Below, piece after piece: positions 1 to 14,088 of a DNA stretch of 64,000 nucleotides. This DNA comes from Escherichia coli (GTDB lineage Bacteria > Pseudomonadota > Gammaproteobacteria > Enterobacterales > Enterobacteriaceae), in NCBI RefSeq assembly GCF_003334405.1, contig NZ_QOWM01000003.1; one strand, written 5' to 3'. Below the pieces are notes generated by a model. It had not been told where the DNA came from. It searched no databases and worked only from the letters and a program-made list of their open reading frames with translations. Both the position numbers and the translations under genes were made by a program. Within the stretch, counting starts at the first letter, position 1. Each line of letters opens with the position of its first letter.

Positions 1-64
1 TTTTTCTGCTCATTATTAGCTCCTTCTGATGCCATTCTATTTCAGGAAGGAGTGTCCGTTAAAC

Positions 65-1194
65 TCAGGCTACCTCATCTTTATCCAGCATGTTGAATTT
101 GTATGCAGTATAAACGTTCATGTTCTTATTAAAGTAGTACCAGGTACCAACTTCAATGTAGTTCACACGGTCAGCGTCAACATATCTATGTCCGGGTACC
201 CCTTTGATATCTTTACCTTTAGAGTACACATAACCTAAGGACGGACGCAGACCAAAGTCGAATTGATACTGAACAACCGCTTCAAAGTTCTGGGTTTCAT
301 TGATAAGTTGATCACGCATTATTGTATTGCCTTCTCGATCGGCAACACCTGTATCAATAGAACCCGGAGTCATATTACGAGTTTCGCCGTACATTACAGC
401 TGCGTAGACATTTTTCGCGTCATACTTTGCAGCCAATGACCACAGTTCAGCATTTGAACCGTTTCCATCGGCAACTTGATCGTTGGTGCGATCAGATTTG
501 CTATATGCACCAACGATACCAAAACCATTGATGTTATAGTCTACAGACAACGCATAGCCGTCACCATTTTGTTTCTTAGTGCTACGGTTGCTGTTTTTGC
601 CTTGGTACTGAATCGCAAAATCAAGACCATCAACCAGGCCAAAGAAATCATAGTTACGGTAGGTTGCAACACCGTTGGTACGACCATTCATGAAGTTGTC
701 AGCGGAAGCCCAGGAATCGCCACCCCATTCAACTAACATATCGGTATAAGCTGCGGCATCATAAGCAACACCGTAGTTACGGCATAGTCAAATGATCCTA
801 ACTCGTTATATTTCAAACCGGCGAAGGTTAAACGGGTTTTTTCTTGGTTTTCACCTTCGGGCTTGCTGGCGTCGAGGTTGTATTCAAACTGACCAAAACC
901 AGTCAGTTCGCTGGTGATTTGGGTTTCACCTTTAACACCGAAACGAGCATAGGAGGTATCTTCGTTTTCGCTGTTATTATCATCAGTATTTGACCAGATG
1001 CGTTCGCCAACCATCTTGCCGTAGAAATCAACTTTATTGCCATCTTTATTATAAATTTCAGCCGCATTTGCTGCGCCAGCAACTAATAACGCCGGGACCA
1101 GCATTGCCAGAACTTTTCTTTTCATTATGTATTCCCTTGTGATTATAATCTTCATGAATATATCAATAAGTGCCGTTATCCAAAAAAAGCACAT
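65..1194 (-). pseudogene. yedS: OmpC/PhoE-family general porin, disrupted (YedS-like)
   Basis: Minus-strand ORFs 733..1194 (signal peptide [21 protein letters not shown]) and 65..739 ([23 protein letters not shown] porin motif) form one porin split by a 1-base frameshift near 783-786; C-terminus ends ...MLDKDEVA without the usual terminal Phe. Confidence 0.8.
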
Positions 1195-1434
1195 TTGGAT
1201 ACTATTCTATGAAGTTCATTTTATTTTAAGGATTACATGTAACAAATGTATTTAAAAGATTTCAAAATGTTTCTAATCTATTTAATATAATTCAGAATTA
1301 TGAATTCTGAATATAAGCATTCATGAAAATTATGAATTTATATCAATAAGTTATAAGTTGAGCGGAAAGATAGGGAGTATCAATGATTGTTACGCCAAAC
1401 ACCTGGTGTGATCACGCGCACATTAATGAAGGCA

Positions 1435-1530
1435 TAAAAAAAGCCGGCATCATGCCGGCCCAAAAAATATAAACAAGACGATAAAAGGCTAATAACGGAG
1501 GCATCATGACACAGAAAAATAAAAAGGTAT
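1435..1530 (-). ncRNA. Candidate small RNA ending at a strong intrinsic terminator (position matches RseX of K-12 as recalled)
   Basis: Minus-strand hairpin GCCGGCATGATGCCGGC (1443..1459) followed by a T8 run, in the yedR-yedS intergenic region; 5' end not determinable from sequence. Confidence 0.3.
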
Positions 1531-1689
1531 AATTGTATTCAGTGCTAATATATTGATTAAATGAATTAATAAAGCCGATATCAAAGATAAATAAAATCGC
1601 TCAAAACGATTTTTACTGTATTCACTGCCGTTGCGCAAAATTTATCTATTTGTTCAAAAAATGATTGAGTCTTGACTGGCTCATTCAAT

Positions 1690-2055
1690 GTGGAAAAATG
1701 TGACTTTTATCACATAATAGTACTAAGTCTGAATTTTCCGGGTTATCTCAAAATGGAATACGGTTCGACAAAGATGGAAGAGAGACTCTCTCGCAGCCCT
1801 GGCGGCAAACTGGCTCTGTGGGCTTTCTATACACGGTGTGGCTATTTCGTCTGGGCAATGGCGCGTTACATCTGGGTGATGAGCCGGATCCCCGATGCCC
1901 CCGTGTCGGGATTTGAAAGCGATTTAGGCTCTACCGCGGGAAAGTGGTTAGGGGCACTGGTCGGATTTTTATTTATGGCTCTGGTCGGGGCATTGTTAGG
2001 CAGCATTGCCTGGTACACCCGACCTCGTCCCGCACGTAGCAGACGCTATGAATAA
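1690..2055 (+). CDS. yedR: Inner membrane protein YedR
   Basis: ORF with two hydrophobic segments; start ambiguous (TTG 1672, GTG 1690, ATG 1753); synteny next to yedJ. Confidence 0.65.
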   Translation: MEKCDFYHIIVLSLNFPGYLKMEYGSTKMEERLSRSPGGKLALWAFYTRCGYFVWAMARYIWVMSRIPDAPVSGFESDLGSTAGKWLGALVGFLFMALVGALLGSIAWYTRPRPARSRRYE

Positions 2056-2094
2056 AAACTGCTAAGGTGGCGACTCTTTGGCAACGGAGCGCGT

Positions 2095-2790
2095 ATGGAC
2101 TTACAACACTGGCAGGCACAGTTCGAAAACTGGTTGAAAAACCATCATCAGCACCAGGACGCGGCCCATGACGTGTGTCATTTTCGCCGCGTCTGGGCTA
2201 CGGCACAGAAGCTGGCGGCAGATGACGATGTCGATATGCTGGTGATTTTAACCGCCTGTTATTTTCACGATATTGTGAGCCTGGCGAAAAATCATCCGCA
2301 GCGGCAGCGTTCTTCAATCCTGGCGGCAGAAGAGACGCGTCGCCTGCTCTGTGAAGAGTTCGAGCAATTTCCGGCGGAGAAAATTGAGGCCGTTTGTCAT
2401 GCCATTGCCGCTCACAGTTTCAGCGCGCAAATCGCCCCCTTAACAACGGAAGCTAAAATCGTCCAGGATGCGGATCGGCTGGAAGCCCTGGGGGCGATTG
2501 GCCTGGCGCGCGTGTTTGCCGTTTCAGGGGCATTGGGCGTGGCGCTGTTTGATGCCGAAGATCCGCTCGCACAGCATCGCCCGCTTGATGATAAACGCTA
2601 CGCGCTGGATCATTTCCAGACTAAGTTGTTGAAGCTACCGCAAACCATGCAAACCGTAAGAGGCAAGCAGCTGGCGCAGCACAACGCGCAATTTTTAGTC
2701 GAGTTTATGGCGAAGCTCAGTGCCGAACTGGCGGGGGAGAATGAAGGTGTCGATCACAAGGTGATAGATGCGTTTTCACCCGCGGGCTAA
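2095..2790 (+). CDS. yedJ: HD-domain phosphohydrolase YedJ
   Basis: 231-aa ORF with HD-type motifs (CHFRRVW, FHDIV); synteny upstream of dcm. Confidence 0.85.
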   Translation: MDLQHWQAQFENWLKNHHQHQDAAHDVCHFRRVWATAQKLAADDDVDMLVILTACYFHDIVSLAKNHPQRQRSSILAAEETRRLLCEEFEQFPAEKIEAVCHAIAAHSFSAQIAPLTTEAKIVQDADRLEALGAIGLARVFAVSGALGVALFDAEDPLAQHRPLDDKRYALDHFQTKLLKLPQTMQTVRGKQLAQHNAQFLVEFMAKLSAELAGENEGVDHKVIDAFSPAG

Positions 2791-2856
2791 GCGCGTGGCC
2801 CTAAATGGCTGTAATTATGTTAACCTGTCGGCCATCTCAGATGGCCGGTTAAATCT

Positions 2857-4275
2857 ATGCAGGAAAATATATCAGTAACCGATTCATACAGCACCGGGAA
2901 TGCCGCACAGGCAATGCTGGAGAAACTGCTGCAAATTTATGATGTTAAAACGCTGGTGGCTCAGCTTAATGGTGTGGGTGAGAATCACTGGAGCGCGGCA
3001 ATTTTAAAACGTGCGCTGGCGAATGACTCGGCATGGCACCGTTTAAGTGAGAAAGAGTTCGCCCATCTGCAAACGTTGTTACCCAAACCACCGGCACATC
3101 ATCCGCATTATGCGTTTCGCTTTATCGATCTATTTGCCGGAATTGGCGGCATCCGTCGCGGTTTTGAATCGATTGGCGGACAGTGCGTGTTTACCAGCGA
3201 ATGGAACAAACATGCGGTACGCACTTATAAAGCCAATCATTATTGCGACCCGGCGACGCATCATTTTAATGAAGATATCCGCGACATCACCCTCAGCCAT
3301 AAAGAAGGCGTGAGTGATGAGGCGGCGGCGGAACATATTCGTCAACACATTCCTGAACACGATGTTTTACTGGCCGGTTTCCCTTGTCAGCCATTTTCGC
3401 TGGCTGGCGTATCGAAAAAGAACTCGCTCGGGCGGGCGCACGGTTTTGCCTGCGATACTCAGGGCACGCTGTTCTTTGATGTGGTGCGCATTATCGACGC
3501 GCGTCGTCCGGCGATGTTTGTGCTCGAAAACGTCAAAAACCTGAAAAGCCACGACCAGGGTAAAACGTTCCGCATCATCATGCAGACGCTGGACGAACTG
3601 GGCTATGACGTGGCTGATGCAGAAGATAACGGGCCGGACGATCCGAAAATCATCGATGGTAAACATTTTCTGCCGCAGCACCGTGAACGCATCGTGCTGG
3701 TGGGTTTTCGTCGCGATCTTAACCTGAAAGCCGATTTTACTCTGCGTGATATCAGCGGATGTTTCCCTGCGCAGCGAGTGACGCTGGCGCAGCTGCTGGA
3801 CCCGATGGTCGAGGCGAAATATATCCTGACGCCGGTACTGTGGAAGTACCTCTATCGATATGCGAAAAAACATCAGGCGCGCGGTAACGGCTTCGGTTAT
3901 GGAATGGTTTATCCGAACAATCCGCAAAGCGTCACCCGTACGCTGTCTGCGCGTTATTACAAAGATGGCGCGGAAATTTTAATCGATCGCGGATGGGATA
4001 TGGCCACGGGTGAAAAAGACTTTGACGATCCGCTGAATCAGCAACATCGTCCACGTCGGTTAACGCCTCGGGAATGCGCGCGCTTAATGGGTTTTGAAGC
4101 GCCGGGAGAAGCGAAATTCCGCATTCCGGTTTCGGACACTCAGGCCTATCGCCAGTTCGGTAACTCGGTGGTCGTGCCGGTCTTTGCCGCGGTGGCAAAA
4201 CTGCTTGAGCCAAAAATCAAACAGGCGGTGGCGTTGCGTCAGCAAGAGGCACAACATGGCCGATGTTCACGATAA
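2857..4275 (+). CDS. dcm: DNA cytosine-5 methyltransferase Dcm (CCWGG)
   Basis: 472 aa; C5-MTase motifs FAGIGG (AdoMet), GFPCQPFS (catalytic PCQ), FVLENVKNL (ENV); 3' end overlaps vsr. Confidence 0.95.
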   Translation: MQENISVTDSYSTGNAAQAMLEKLLQIYDVKTLVAQLNGVGENHWSAAILKRALANDSAWHRLSEKEFAHLQTLLPKPPAHHPHYAFRFIDLFAGIGGIRRGFESIGGQCVFTSEWNKHAVRTYKANHYCDPATHHFNEDIRDITLSHKEGVSDEAAAEHIRQHIPEHDVLLAGFPCQPFSLAGVSKKNSLGRAHGFACDTQGTLFFDVVRIIDARRPAMFVLENVKNLKSHDQGKTFRIIMQTLDELGYDVADAEDNGPDDPKIIDGKHFLPQHRERIVLVGFRRDLNLKADFTLRDISGCFPAQRVTLAQLLDPMVEAKYILTPVLWKYLYRYAKKHQARGNGFGYGMVYPNNPQSVTRTLSARYYKDGAEILIDRGWDMATGEKDFDDPLNQQHRPRRLTPRECARLMGFEAPGEAKFRIPVSDTQAYRQFGNSVVVPVFAAVAKLLEPKIKQAVALRQQEAQHGRCSR

Positions 4276-4726
4276 GGCCACACGCAGCAAAAATATGCGC
4301 GCGATTGCCACGCGTGATACGGCGATTGAGAAGCGCCTCGCCAGTTTGTTAACCGGGCAGGGACTGGCGTTTCGCGTTCAGGACGCCAGTCTGCCCGGAC
4401 GCCCGGATTTTGTCGTTGATGAATATCGCTGCGTGATATTTACCCATGGCTGCTTCTGGCATCATCATCACTGCTATCTGTTTAAAGTGCCTGCGACTCG
4501 AACCGAGTTCTGGCTGGAGAAGATAGGTAAAAATGTTGAGCGCGATCGCCGCGATATCAGTCGCTTGCAGGAACTCGGCTGGCGCGTATTGATTGTCTGG
4601 GAGTGCGCGTTACGTGGGCGCGAGAAGCTGACGGATGAAGCGCTTAGCGAGCGTCTGGAAGAGTGGATCTGCGGCGAAGGTGCCAGCGCGCAGATCGACA
4701 CGCAGGGGATTCATTTACTCGCTTGA
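4256..4726 (+). CDS. vsr: Very-short-patch repair endonuclease Vsr
   Basis: 156 aa starting [17 protein letters not shown] inside the dcm 3' end (20-bp overlap 4256..4275); [10 protein letters not shown] motif. Confidence 0.95.
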   Translation: MADVHDKATRSKNMRAIATRDTAIEKRLASLLTGQGLAFRVQDASLPGRPDFVVDEYRCVIFTHGCFWHHHHCYLFKVPATRTEFWLEKIGKNVERDRRDISRLQELGWRVLIVWECALRGREKLTDEALSERLEEWICGEGASAQIDTQGIHLLA

Positions 4727-5635
4727 TGCGTCCTGAATAACTGGCGCAACTACGGGTTTTGCCGGAAAGAGATATTTTCCCAACGTGACCAGCACCACCG
4801 CGAAGACAATTACGCCGAGCGCCAGCCATTCAATCTTCGAAAGCGTCTCTCCACCCAGTCCCGTACCCAGCAAGACCGCGACCACCGGGTTAACGTAGGC
4901 GTAGCTGGTGGCGAGAGCCGGACTGACGTTGCGGATTAAATACATATAAGCGTTGATGGCGATAATCGAACCAAACAGCGCCAGATAGCCGACCGCAAGG
5001 AAGCCTGAAAGGGAAGGGAGCGCCGTCCGTTTTTCACCCGCAATCATCGACGCGATCATTAACACCACGCCTGCCGCCAGCATCTCAATCGCACCCGCCA
5101 TCATCCCTACAGGTAAGGTAATGTGCGAGCCATAAACTGAGCCAAACGCCCAGCTAATCGAGCCGATTAAAATCAGAATCGCGCCCCACGGATTGCCGCT
5201 TAAATTTCCACCGCTATTGAGCATGATGATTCCGGCAAGCCCAATGGCAATACCCACCCATTCCAGTTTGCGCGTTTTAATGCCAAACAGGCGGCTGAAG
5301 CACAGGGTAAAGAGGGGCACGGTTGCAACCACTACGGCGGCGATGCCGGAAGGAACATTTTGATGTTCGGCAACCGTCACCATGCCATTACCGACAGCCA
5401 GCAATAACAGGCCAATCAGCGCGGCATTGAGCAGCGGACGTAGCGGGGGGAGCTTGTGTCCGCGCAGTAGCAAAAATGCCAGCAATAAAATACCGGCTGC
5501 CAGGAATCGAACGCCCGCCATCATTAATGGAGGCCAGCTTTCCACGCCAATCCGAATGACAAAATAGGTTGAGCCCCAAATGATATACAACGCAAACAGC
5601 GCGCCAAAAAGCGGTAATAACTGGCGGAAACGCAT
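4715..5635 (-). CDS. yedA: EamA/DMT-family transporter YedA
   Basis: 306-aa polytopic membrane protein; synteny. Confidence 0.9.
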   Translation of the reverse strand: MRFRQLLPLFGALFALYIIWGSTYFVIRIGVESWPPLMMAGVRFLAAGILLLAFLLLRGHKLPPLRPLLNAALIGLLLLAVGNGMVTVAEHQNVPSGIAAVVVATVPLFTLCFSRLFGIKTRKLEWVGIAIGLAGIIMLNSGGNLSGNPWGAILILIGSISWAFGSVYGSHITLPVGMMAGAIEMLAAGVVLMIASMIAGEKRTALPSLSGFLAVGYLALFGSIIAINAYMYLIRNVSPALATSYAYVNPVVAVLLGTGLGGETLSKIEWLALGVIVFAVVLVTLGKYLFPAKPVVAPVIQDASSE

Positions 5636-5807
5636 AATCCCTCACGGTGGAAATAAAAAGGTGGTTCATAGTAAACGTGAAAATCATTCTGCTGGCGAGA
5701 GATATAATTGCACTTGATTGTTAAAAAAATGTTGACCTGTGAAGCAAGTATCAGAGCTGCCGTTTTTGCTTCATACTTACACCCTTCAACAATAAAAATG
5801 AGAGGGA

Positions 5808-6725
5808 ATGCTTTTGGCCGGGAGTAGTTTACTGACGTTGCTCGATGATATCGCCACACTGCTGGACGATATCTCCGTGATGGGCAAACTGGCGGCGAAG
5901 AAAACCGCCGGTGTATTAGGGGATGACTTATCGCTCAATGCGCAACAAGTTTCAGGTGTGCGGGCCAACCGGGAACTTCCCGTGGTCTGGGGCGTGGCGA
6001 AAGGATCGCTGATCAATAAAGTGATTCTGGTGCCACTGGCGCTGATTATCAGTGCGTTTATCCCGTGGGCGATTACGCCATTGTTGATGATCGGTGGCGC
6101 GTTTCTCTGCTTTGAAGGGGTAGAGAAAGTGCTGCATATGCTGGAGGCGCGTAAACATAAAGAAGATCCGGCGCAGAGTCAGCAGCGTCTGGAGAAGCTG
6201 GCGGCGCAGGATCCGCTGAAGTTTGAAAAGGACAAAATAAAAGGGGCGATTCGTACCGATTTTATATTGTCTGCGGAAATCGTCGCCATCACGCTGGGGA
6301 TTGTGGCCGAAGCGCCGTTGCTTAATCAGGTGCTGGTGCTTTCAGGCATCGCGCTGGTAGTGACCGTGGGCGTCTACGGTCTGGTAGGGGTTATCGTTAA
6401 GATTGATGACCTGGGGTATTGGCTGGCGGAAAAATCCAGCGCGCTGATGCAGGCATTAGGTAAAGGATTATTGATTATCGCGCCCTGGCTGATGAAAGCG
6501 TTTTCGATTGTCGGCACGCTGGCGATGTTCCTCGTCGGCGGCGGGATTGTGGTACATGGTATTGCGCCGCTGCATCACGCCATTGAACATTTCGCCGGGC
6601 AGCAAAGTGCAGTGGTGGCGATGATATTACCGACTGTTTTAAATCTGATTCTTGGATTTATCATCGGCGGCATCGTGGTGCTGGGAGTGAAAGCCGTAGC
6701 AAAAATGCGCGGTCAGGCACATTAA
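5808..6725 (+). CDS. yedI: Inner membrane protein YedI (DUF808-type)
   Basis: 305-aa polytopic membrane protein divergent from yedA. Confidence 0.85.
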   Translation: MLLAGSSLLTLLDDIATLLDDISVMGKLAAKKTAGVLGDDLSLNAQQVSGVRANRELPVVWGVAKGSLINKVILVPLALIISAFIPWAITPLLMIGGAFLCFEGVEKVLHMLEARKHKEDPAQSQQRLEKLAAQDPLKFEKDKIKGAIRTDFILSAEIVAITLGIVAEAPLLNQVLVLSGIALVVTVGVYGLVGVIVKIDDLGYWLAEKSSALMQALGKGLLIIAPWLMKAFSIVGTLAMFLVGGGIVVHGIAPLHHAIEHFAGQQSAVVAMILPTVLNLILGFIIGGIVVLGVKAVAKMRGQAH

Positions 6726-6803
6726 TACTCGCACAAGCTATTATGCAAAATTCGCCATCTTCAACTAAGGTGAACAAGTTTCACTCGAAAAAAGGAGGCG
6801 AGT

Positions 6804-6986
6804 ATGAGCTTTATGGTTAGTGAGGAAGTTACGGTTAAAGAGGGCGGCCCGCGGATGATTGTCACTGGATACTCCAGCGGTATGGTTGAGTGTCGTTGGT
6901 ATGACGGTTACGGGGTCAAGCGGGAAGCTTTTCATGAAACCGAGCTTGTTCCAGGGGAGGGGAGTCGTTCTGCGGAAGAAGTTTGA
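6804..6986 (+). CDS. yodC: Small protein YodC
   Basis: 60-aa ORF with AAGGAGG Shine-Dalgarno 7 nt upstream of ATG. Confidence 0.75.
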   Translation: MSFMVSEEVTVKEGGPRMIVTGYSSGMVECRWYDGYGVKREAFHETELVPGEGSRSAEEV

Positions 6987-7156
6987 AAGGGTATCATTAA
7001 GACCAGGCCGGATCACATCCGGCCTGGTGTGCCAATGCCTGCAATGAATGATAGTCGCGTCTTATCATGCCACCATTATAAAATTATCGCTGTTTTGCGG
7101 TACGCTATCGCCAGGTTATGCCAGAATCATAAAAAAGCAGGTGGGGAGTCGTCAGG

Positions 7157-9681
<2,525 letters not shown>

Positions 9682-9861
9682 TTACCAGGATGATTCTCAA
9701 AACAGCACAAATTATCAAAGATGATTTTGTTCGGGAGCGATCCCGCTGACGCCAGAGCCACCAAGGGGTGACGTGCGTCACATTTCTATTCATAAGTAGC
9801 GTTAATCATTCATATAGCGAATATTTTCTTGTCAGCGAAAAAAATTGCGGATAAGGTGATG

Positions 9862-9948
9862 AACACATCAGATTTCCTGGTGTAACGAATTTTTTAAGTG
9901 CTTCTTGCTTAAGCAAGTTTCATCCCGACCCCCTCAGGGTCGGGATTT
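9862..9948 (+). ncRNA. dsrA: DsrA small regulatory RNA
   Basis: 87-nt sequence AACACATCAGATTTCCTGGTGTAACG...CCCGACCCCCTCAGGGTCGGGATTT recognised as DsrA, ending in a GC hairpin plus T-run. Confidence 0.9.
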
Positions 9949-9961
9949 TTTTATTGTGCAT

Positions 9962-10189
9962 TCAACGATTCACTTCAGAGACGCTGAAGTCATGAATATC
10001 CAGTTCGAAGGCATCCGCCAATTCACGCCATGTATGATATTCACGTCCATCGACGCTAACGTGTTCAGAATCGTTCTGGCTGCGATGAACTTCGCTTTCG
10101 CTAATTTCATTGATCGCCGCCAGCAGGGCATCGACATCGACGCTGACCTCACGTTTTGCGGTATCGCTGTACTCTTTTGCGGTTTTCAT
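9962..10189 (-). CDS. yodD: Stress-induced small protein YodD
   Basis: 75-aa ORF MKTAKEYSDTAKREVSVD...; synteny between dsrA and dsrB. Confidence 0.8.
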   Translation of the reverse strand: MKTAKEYSDTAKREVSVDVDALLAAINEISESEVHRSQNDSEHVSVDGREYHTWRELADAFELDIHDFSVSEVNR

Positions 10190-10261
10190 CATCTTTCCTC
10201 GCAACCGTTACTCTGTTGTTGCCGCCAGTCGTTAAGTCCGCCTGGCATCACTTAAGTATAG

Positions 10262-10540
<279 letters not shown>

Positions 10541-10583
10541 TCTTATTCAGCCTGACTGGTGGGAAACCACCAGTCAGAATGTG

Positions 10584-11207
10584 TTAGCGCATGTTGACAA
10601 AAATACCATTAGTCACATTATCCGTCAGTCGGACGACATGGTAGATAACCTGTTTATTATGCGTTTTGATCTTACGTTTAATATTACCTTTATGCGATGA
10701 AACGGTCTTGGCTTTGATATTCATTTGGTCAGAGATTTGAATGGTTCCCTGACCTGCCATCCACATTCGCAACATACTCGATTCGGTTCGGCTCAATGAT
10801 AACGTCGGCATATTTAAAAACGAGGTTATCGTTGTCTCTTTTTTCAGAATATCGCCAAGGATATCGTCGAGAGATTCCGGTTTAATCGATTTAGAACTTA
10901 TCAATAAATTTTTTCTGACCAATAGATATTCATCAAAATGAACATTGGCAATTGCCATAAAAACGATAAATAACGTATTGGGATGTTGATTAATGATGTG
11001 CTTGATGTGCTGACTGTTAGAAGCATCATGGATGAAACAGTCCTCATTAATAAACACCACTGAAGGGCGCTGTGAATCACAAGCTATGGCAAGGTCATCA
11101 ACGGTTTCAATGTCGTTGATTTCTCTTTTTTTAACCCCTCTACTCAACAGATACCCGGTTAAACCTAGTCGGGTGTAACTACATAAATCCATAATAATCG
11201 TTGACAT
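10584..11207 (-). CDS. rcsA: Capsule synthesis co-regulator RcsA (LuxR-type HTH)
   Basis: 207 aa [24 protein letters not shown]... with C-terminal LuxR-type HTH. Confidence 0.95.
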
Positions 11208-11496
11208 GGCATACCCTCACTCAATGCGTAACGATAATTCCCCTTACCTGAATATTTCATCATGACTAAACGGAACAACATGGGTCACCTAATGCGCCAC
11301 TCTCGCGATTTTTCAGGCGGACTTACTATCCCGTAAAGTGTTGTATAATTTGCCTGGAATTGTCTTAAAGTAAAGTAAATGTTGCGATATGTGAGTGAGC
11401 TTAAAACAAATATTTCGCTGCAGGAGTATCTTGGAAGATGTTCGTAGGTATTATTTTTCGGATAATCCTTAGGATAACATGATAAACGTTACGGAA
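11208..11496 (-). promoter_or_regulatory. rcsA upstream control region (AT-rich)
   Basis: 289-bp AT-rich non-coding interval upstream of rcsA; regulatory role inferred from position. Confidence 0.4.
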
Positions 11497-12282
11497 TTAT
11501 ATTAATGGCAATTCACTAATAATATCAGCCAGCAAATTAAAAATTTCACTGAATAAATGTTCGCAAAAAGGCGCAATTAACGGCATTAATGCCGCCATTA
11601 AAGAGATACCGACAGTCAGAGTTAATGGAAATCCAATAACAAAAATGGATAATTGCGGGGCCATACGATTCAGTAAACCTAATGCCAGATTCAGGGTCAG
11701 CAGCAGAGTAATGAGCGGTAACGCCAGCATCAGCCCGTTAAGGAAAATCAAACTCCCTGCTTTGGTGAGTGCCAGAAACGCATTGCTGTTCAACGGTTCG
11801 CCACCAATAGGCAGGGTGTGAAAGGTATCGACCAGCAGTGAAATCAACCATAAATGACCGTTAAATGTCAGGAACAGCAGTAACGCCAGCATATCCATGA
11901 TACGCGCTAAAACGGGCATATTGAGATGGCTGGCCGGATCGACAAACGTCGCAAATGACAGCCCCATTTGCAGACCGATAATTTCGCCAGCGGTTCGCAC
12001 AGCGGCAAAGGCAAATTGCATGGTAAAACCAAGCGCAATGCCGATCAGGATCTGCTGCACGGCCAGCCACAGAGCAAAGAACGAAAAAACAGGAACATCG
12101 TTGGCAGGTAATGATGGGGCAATGGCGAACGTGATCATCATTGCCAGCCCCAGTTTTACCCGTTTCGGCACGCTGCGTTCGCTCAGAATTGGTGCGGTAG
12201 AAATGAGCGCCAGCACGCGCAGTAACGGCCAGAAGTACAGGCTTAACCAGGAAAGCCATTGATCGCTTGTCACCTGCATCAT
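11497..12282 (-). CDS. fliR: Flagellar export apparatus protein FliR
   Basis: 261-aa polytopic membrane protein, last gene of the fliL operon. Confidence 0.95.
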   Translation of the reverse strand: MMQVTSDQWLSWLSLYFWPLLRVLALISTAPILSERSVPKRVKLGLAMMITFAIAPSLPANDVPVFSFFALWLAVQQILIGIALGFTMQFAFAAVRTAGEIIGLQMGLSFATFVDPASHLNMPVLARIMDMLALLLFLTFNGHLWLISLLVDTFHTLPIGGEPLNSNAFLALTKAGSLIFLNGLMLALPLITLLLTLNLALGLLNRMAPQLSIFVIGFPLTLTVGISLMAALMPLIAPFCEHLFSEIFNLLADIISELPLI

Positions 12283-12290
12283 TGTACGGC

Positions 12291-12560
12291 CTACCCGATG
12301 ATATACGGCAGGTTAGTGAACAAGGTGCGGACGTAATCCAGCAACAGATTGAGCATCCACGGTCCGGCAATAATAATGGCGATAAATACGGCGATGATTT
12401 TCGGAATAAACGACAGCGTCATTTCGTTAATCTGGGTGGCGGCCTGCAAAATACTGATGATAAGACCCGTGACCAGCGCCACCAGCAACAGCGGGGCAGC
12501 CAGTGCCAGCGCGACTTTCATCGCTTCAGTCCCCATCATCATGACCGATTCAGGTGTCAT
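12291..12560 (-). CDS. fliQ: Flagellar export apparatus protein FliQ
   Basis: 89-aa two-TM protein. Confidence 0.95.
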   Translation of the reverse strand: MTPESVMMMGTEAMKVALALAAPLLLVALVTGLIISILQAATQINEMTLSFIPKIIAVFIAIIIAGPWMLNLLLDYVRTLFTNLPYIIG

Positions 12561-12569
12561 TTTGCCTCT

Positions 12570-13307
12570 CTAGCTGTAAAAGCTCTGCGCCAGCGAACCG
12601 ACCAGCAATTGCCAACCATCCACCAGTACAAACAGCATCAGTTTAAAGGGCAGAGCAATGGTGGCTGGGGGAACCATCATCATCCCCAATGCCATCAACA
12701 CGCTGGCAATCACCAGGTCGATAATCAAAAAAGGAATGAAAATCGTGAAGCCTATCTGAAATGCGGTTTTCAACTCGCTGGTCACGTAGGCCGGGAGCAA
12801 AATGCGCATCGGCACGGCTTCAGGTCCCTGCAACGGGCCGGTATTCGCCAGTCTGGCAAACAACCCTAAATCCGCCTCGCGGGTCTGACGCAGCATAAAC
12901 TCACGCAGCGGCTGCGCCCCTTTTTCCAGCGCCTCCTGCATTGAGATTTTCTCTTCGCTAAATGGCTGGTACGCATCGACATAAATTTTGTCGATCACCG
13001 GTGACATAATAAAAAAGGTCAAAAACAGTGCCAGCCCCAGCAATACCTGGTTAGGTGGCGCGGAGGGTGTTCCCAGCGCGTTACGCAATAAACCAAAAAC
13101 AATGATGATGCGGGTGAAACTGGTCATCATCAGTAAAATTGCCGGAATAAACGTCAACGAGGTGATGAACACCAGCGTCTGCACCGGGAGCGACCAGCTT
13201 TGTCCACCGCCAGGCAGCGGCTGGCTGGTGATACCCGGCAGTTGCGCGAAGGCGAGGGGCGTAATCAGCCAGAGAAGGACAGGTGCGACAGACAATAAAC
13301 GACGCAT
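12570..13307 (-). CDS. fliP: Flagellar export apparatus protein FliP
   Basis: 245 aa with signal peptide and TM helices. Confidence 0.95.
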   Translation of the reverse strand: MRRLLSVAPVLLWLITPLAFAQLPGITSQPLPGGGQSWSLPVQTLVFITSLTFIPAILLMMTSFTRIIIVFGLLRNALGTPSAPPNQVLLGLALFLTFFIMSPVIDKIYVDAYQPFSEEKISMQEALEKGAQPLREFMLRQTREADLGLFARLANTGPLQGPEAVPMRILLPAYVTSELKTAFQIGFTIFIPFLIIDLVIASVLMALGMMMVPPATIALPFKLMLFVLVDGWQLLVGSLAQSFYS

Positions 13308-13675
13308 CAGGATCTCCCGCTACGCTTAAGCAAATTTTTCATGACCGACTGAAAATCGGTCTGCGGTATCTCTTCTGTTGGTGCTGAAGGGGGAAGTTTA
13401 TGCAGCAGATTGATTTGCCCTGCGGTAACGCCGAGCACCAGCCGTGCATCTTCCACATCGACCACCACAACCCGTTCACGCGCGCCCAGCGAAGCACTGG
13501 CGCTAATTTTCAGACCGTTAACGCCAGTGCGTTTAGGGGCAAATCCCAGCCGTTTTATCAGCCAGGCAGCAGCGAGGATCAGGGCAATAATGGTGATGAG
13601 TGCGCCGCTCACCTGCAGCAGTGGCGCAGCAGAAACCGGCGCGGAAGATTGCACAGTAGCGTGGTTATTCATCAC
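13307..13675 (-). CDS. fliO: Flagellar protein FliO
   Basis: about 121 aa, single TM; start may be the second ATG (13672). Confidence 0.9.
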   Translation of the reverse strand: MMNNHATVQSSAPVSAAPLLQVSGALITIIALILAAAWLIKRLGFAPKRTGVNGLKISASASLGARERVVVVDVEDARLVLGVTAGQINLLHKLPPSAPTEEIPQTDFQSVMKNLLKRSGRS

Positions 13676-14088
13676 TAACGGCTCAGGCGACGCATTCGCT
13701 CAGACGGAGTAATGATATCGGTGATCCGCACGCCATATTTATCGGCAACGACCACCACTTCGCCCTGGGCGATTAAATAACCGTTGATCAGAATATCCAG
13801 TGGTTCGCCCGCCAGACCGTCCAGCGCCACGACGGACCCTTGCGTCAGACGCAACAGCTCTTTGATGGTCATCCGCGTACGGCCCAGTTCGACGGTCAGC
13901 TTGACCGGAATATCCATAATCAGGTCGATATCCTGCAACGTTCCGCTGACATCACCACCGCCAAATTGCTGGAACACCGCGTCGGCAGCGCTTTTGCTAC
14001 TGGTTGATTTTTGTTCGCTCAACGCTTCAGCCCACAGATCGTCCATTGCGCCGTTGTTGTCATCGGCCGGATTATTCATGTCACTCAT
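13675..14088 (-). CDS. fliN: Flagellar motor switch protein FliN
   Basis: 137 aa; overlaps fliM stop. Confidence 0.95.
   Translation of the reverse strand: MSDMNNPADDNNGAMDDLWAEALSEQKSTSSKSAADAVFQQFGGGDVSGTLQDIDLIMDIPVKLTVELGRTRMTIKELLRLTQGSVVALDGLAGEPLDILINGYLIAQGEVVVVADKYGVRITDIITPSERMRRLSR

Noticed and set aside
3367-3927. 186-aa minus-strand ORF inside dcm
   Set aside because: Antisense to a well-supported methyltransferase gene; no independent support.
11861-12869. Overlapping ORFs of 169, 121 and 200 aa on both strands across fliR, fliQ and fliP
   Set aside because: Alternative-frame and antisense ORFs within the flagellar export genes, with low-complexity Arg/His-rich translations.
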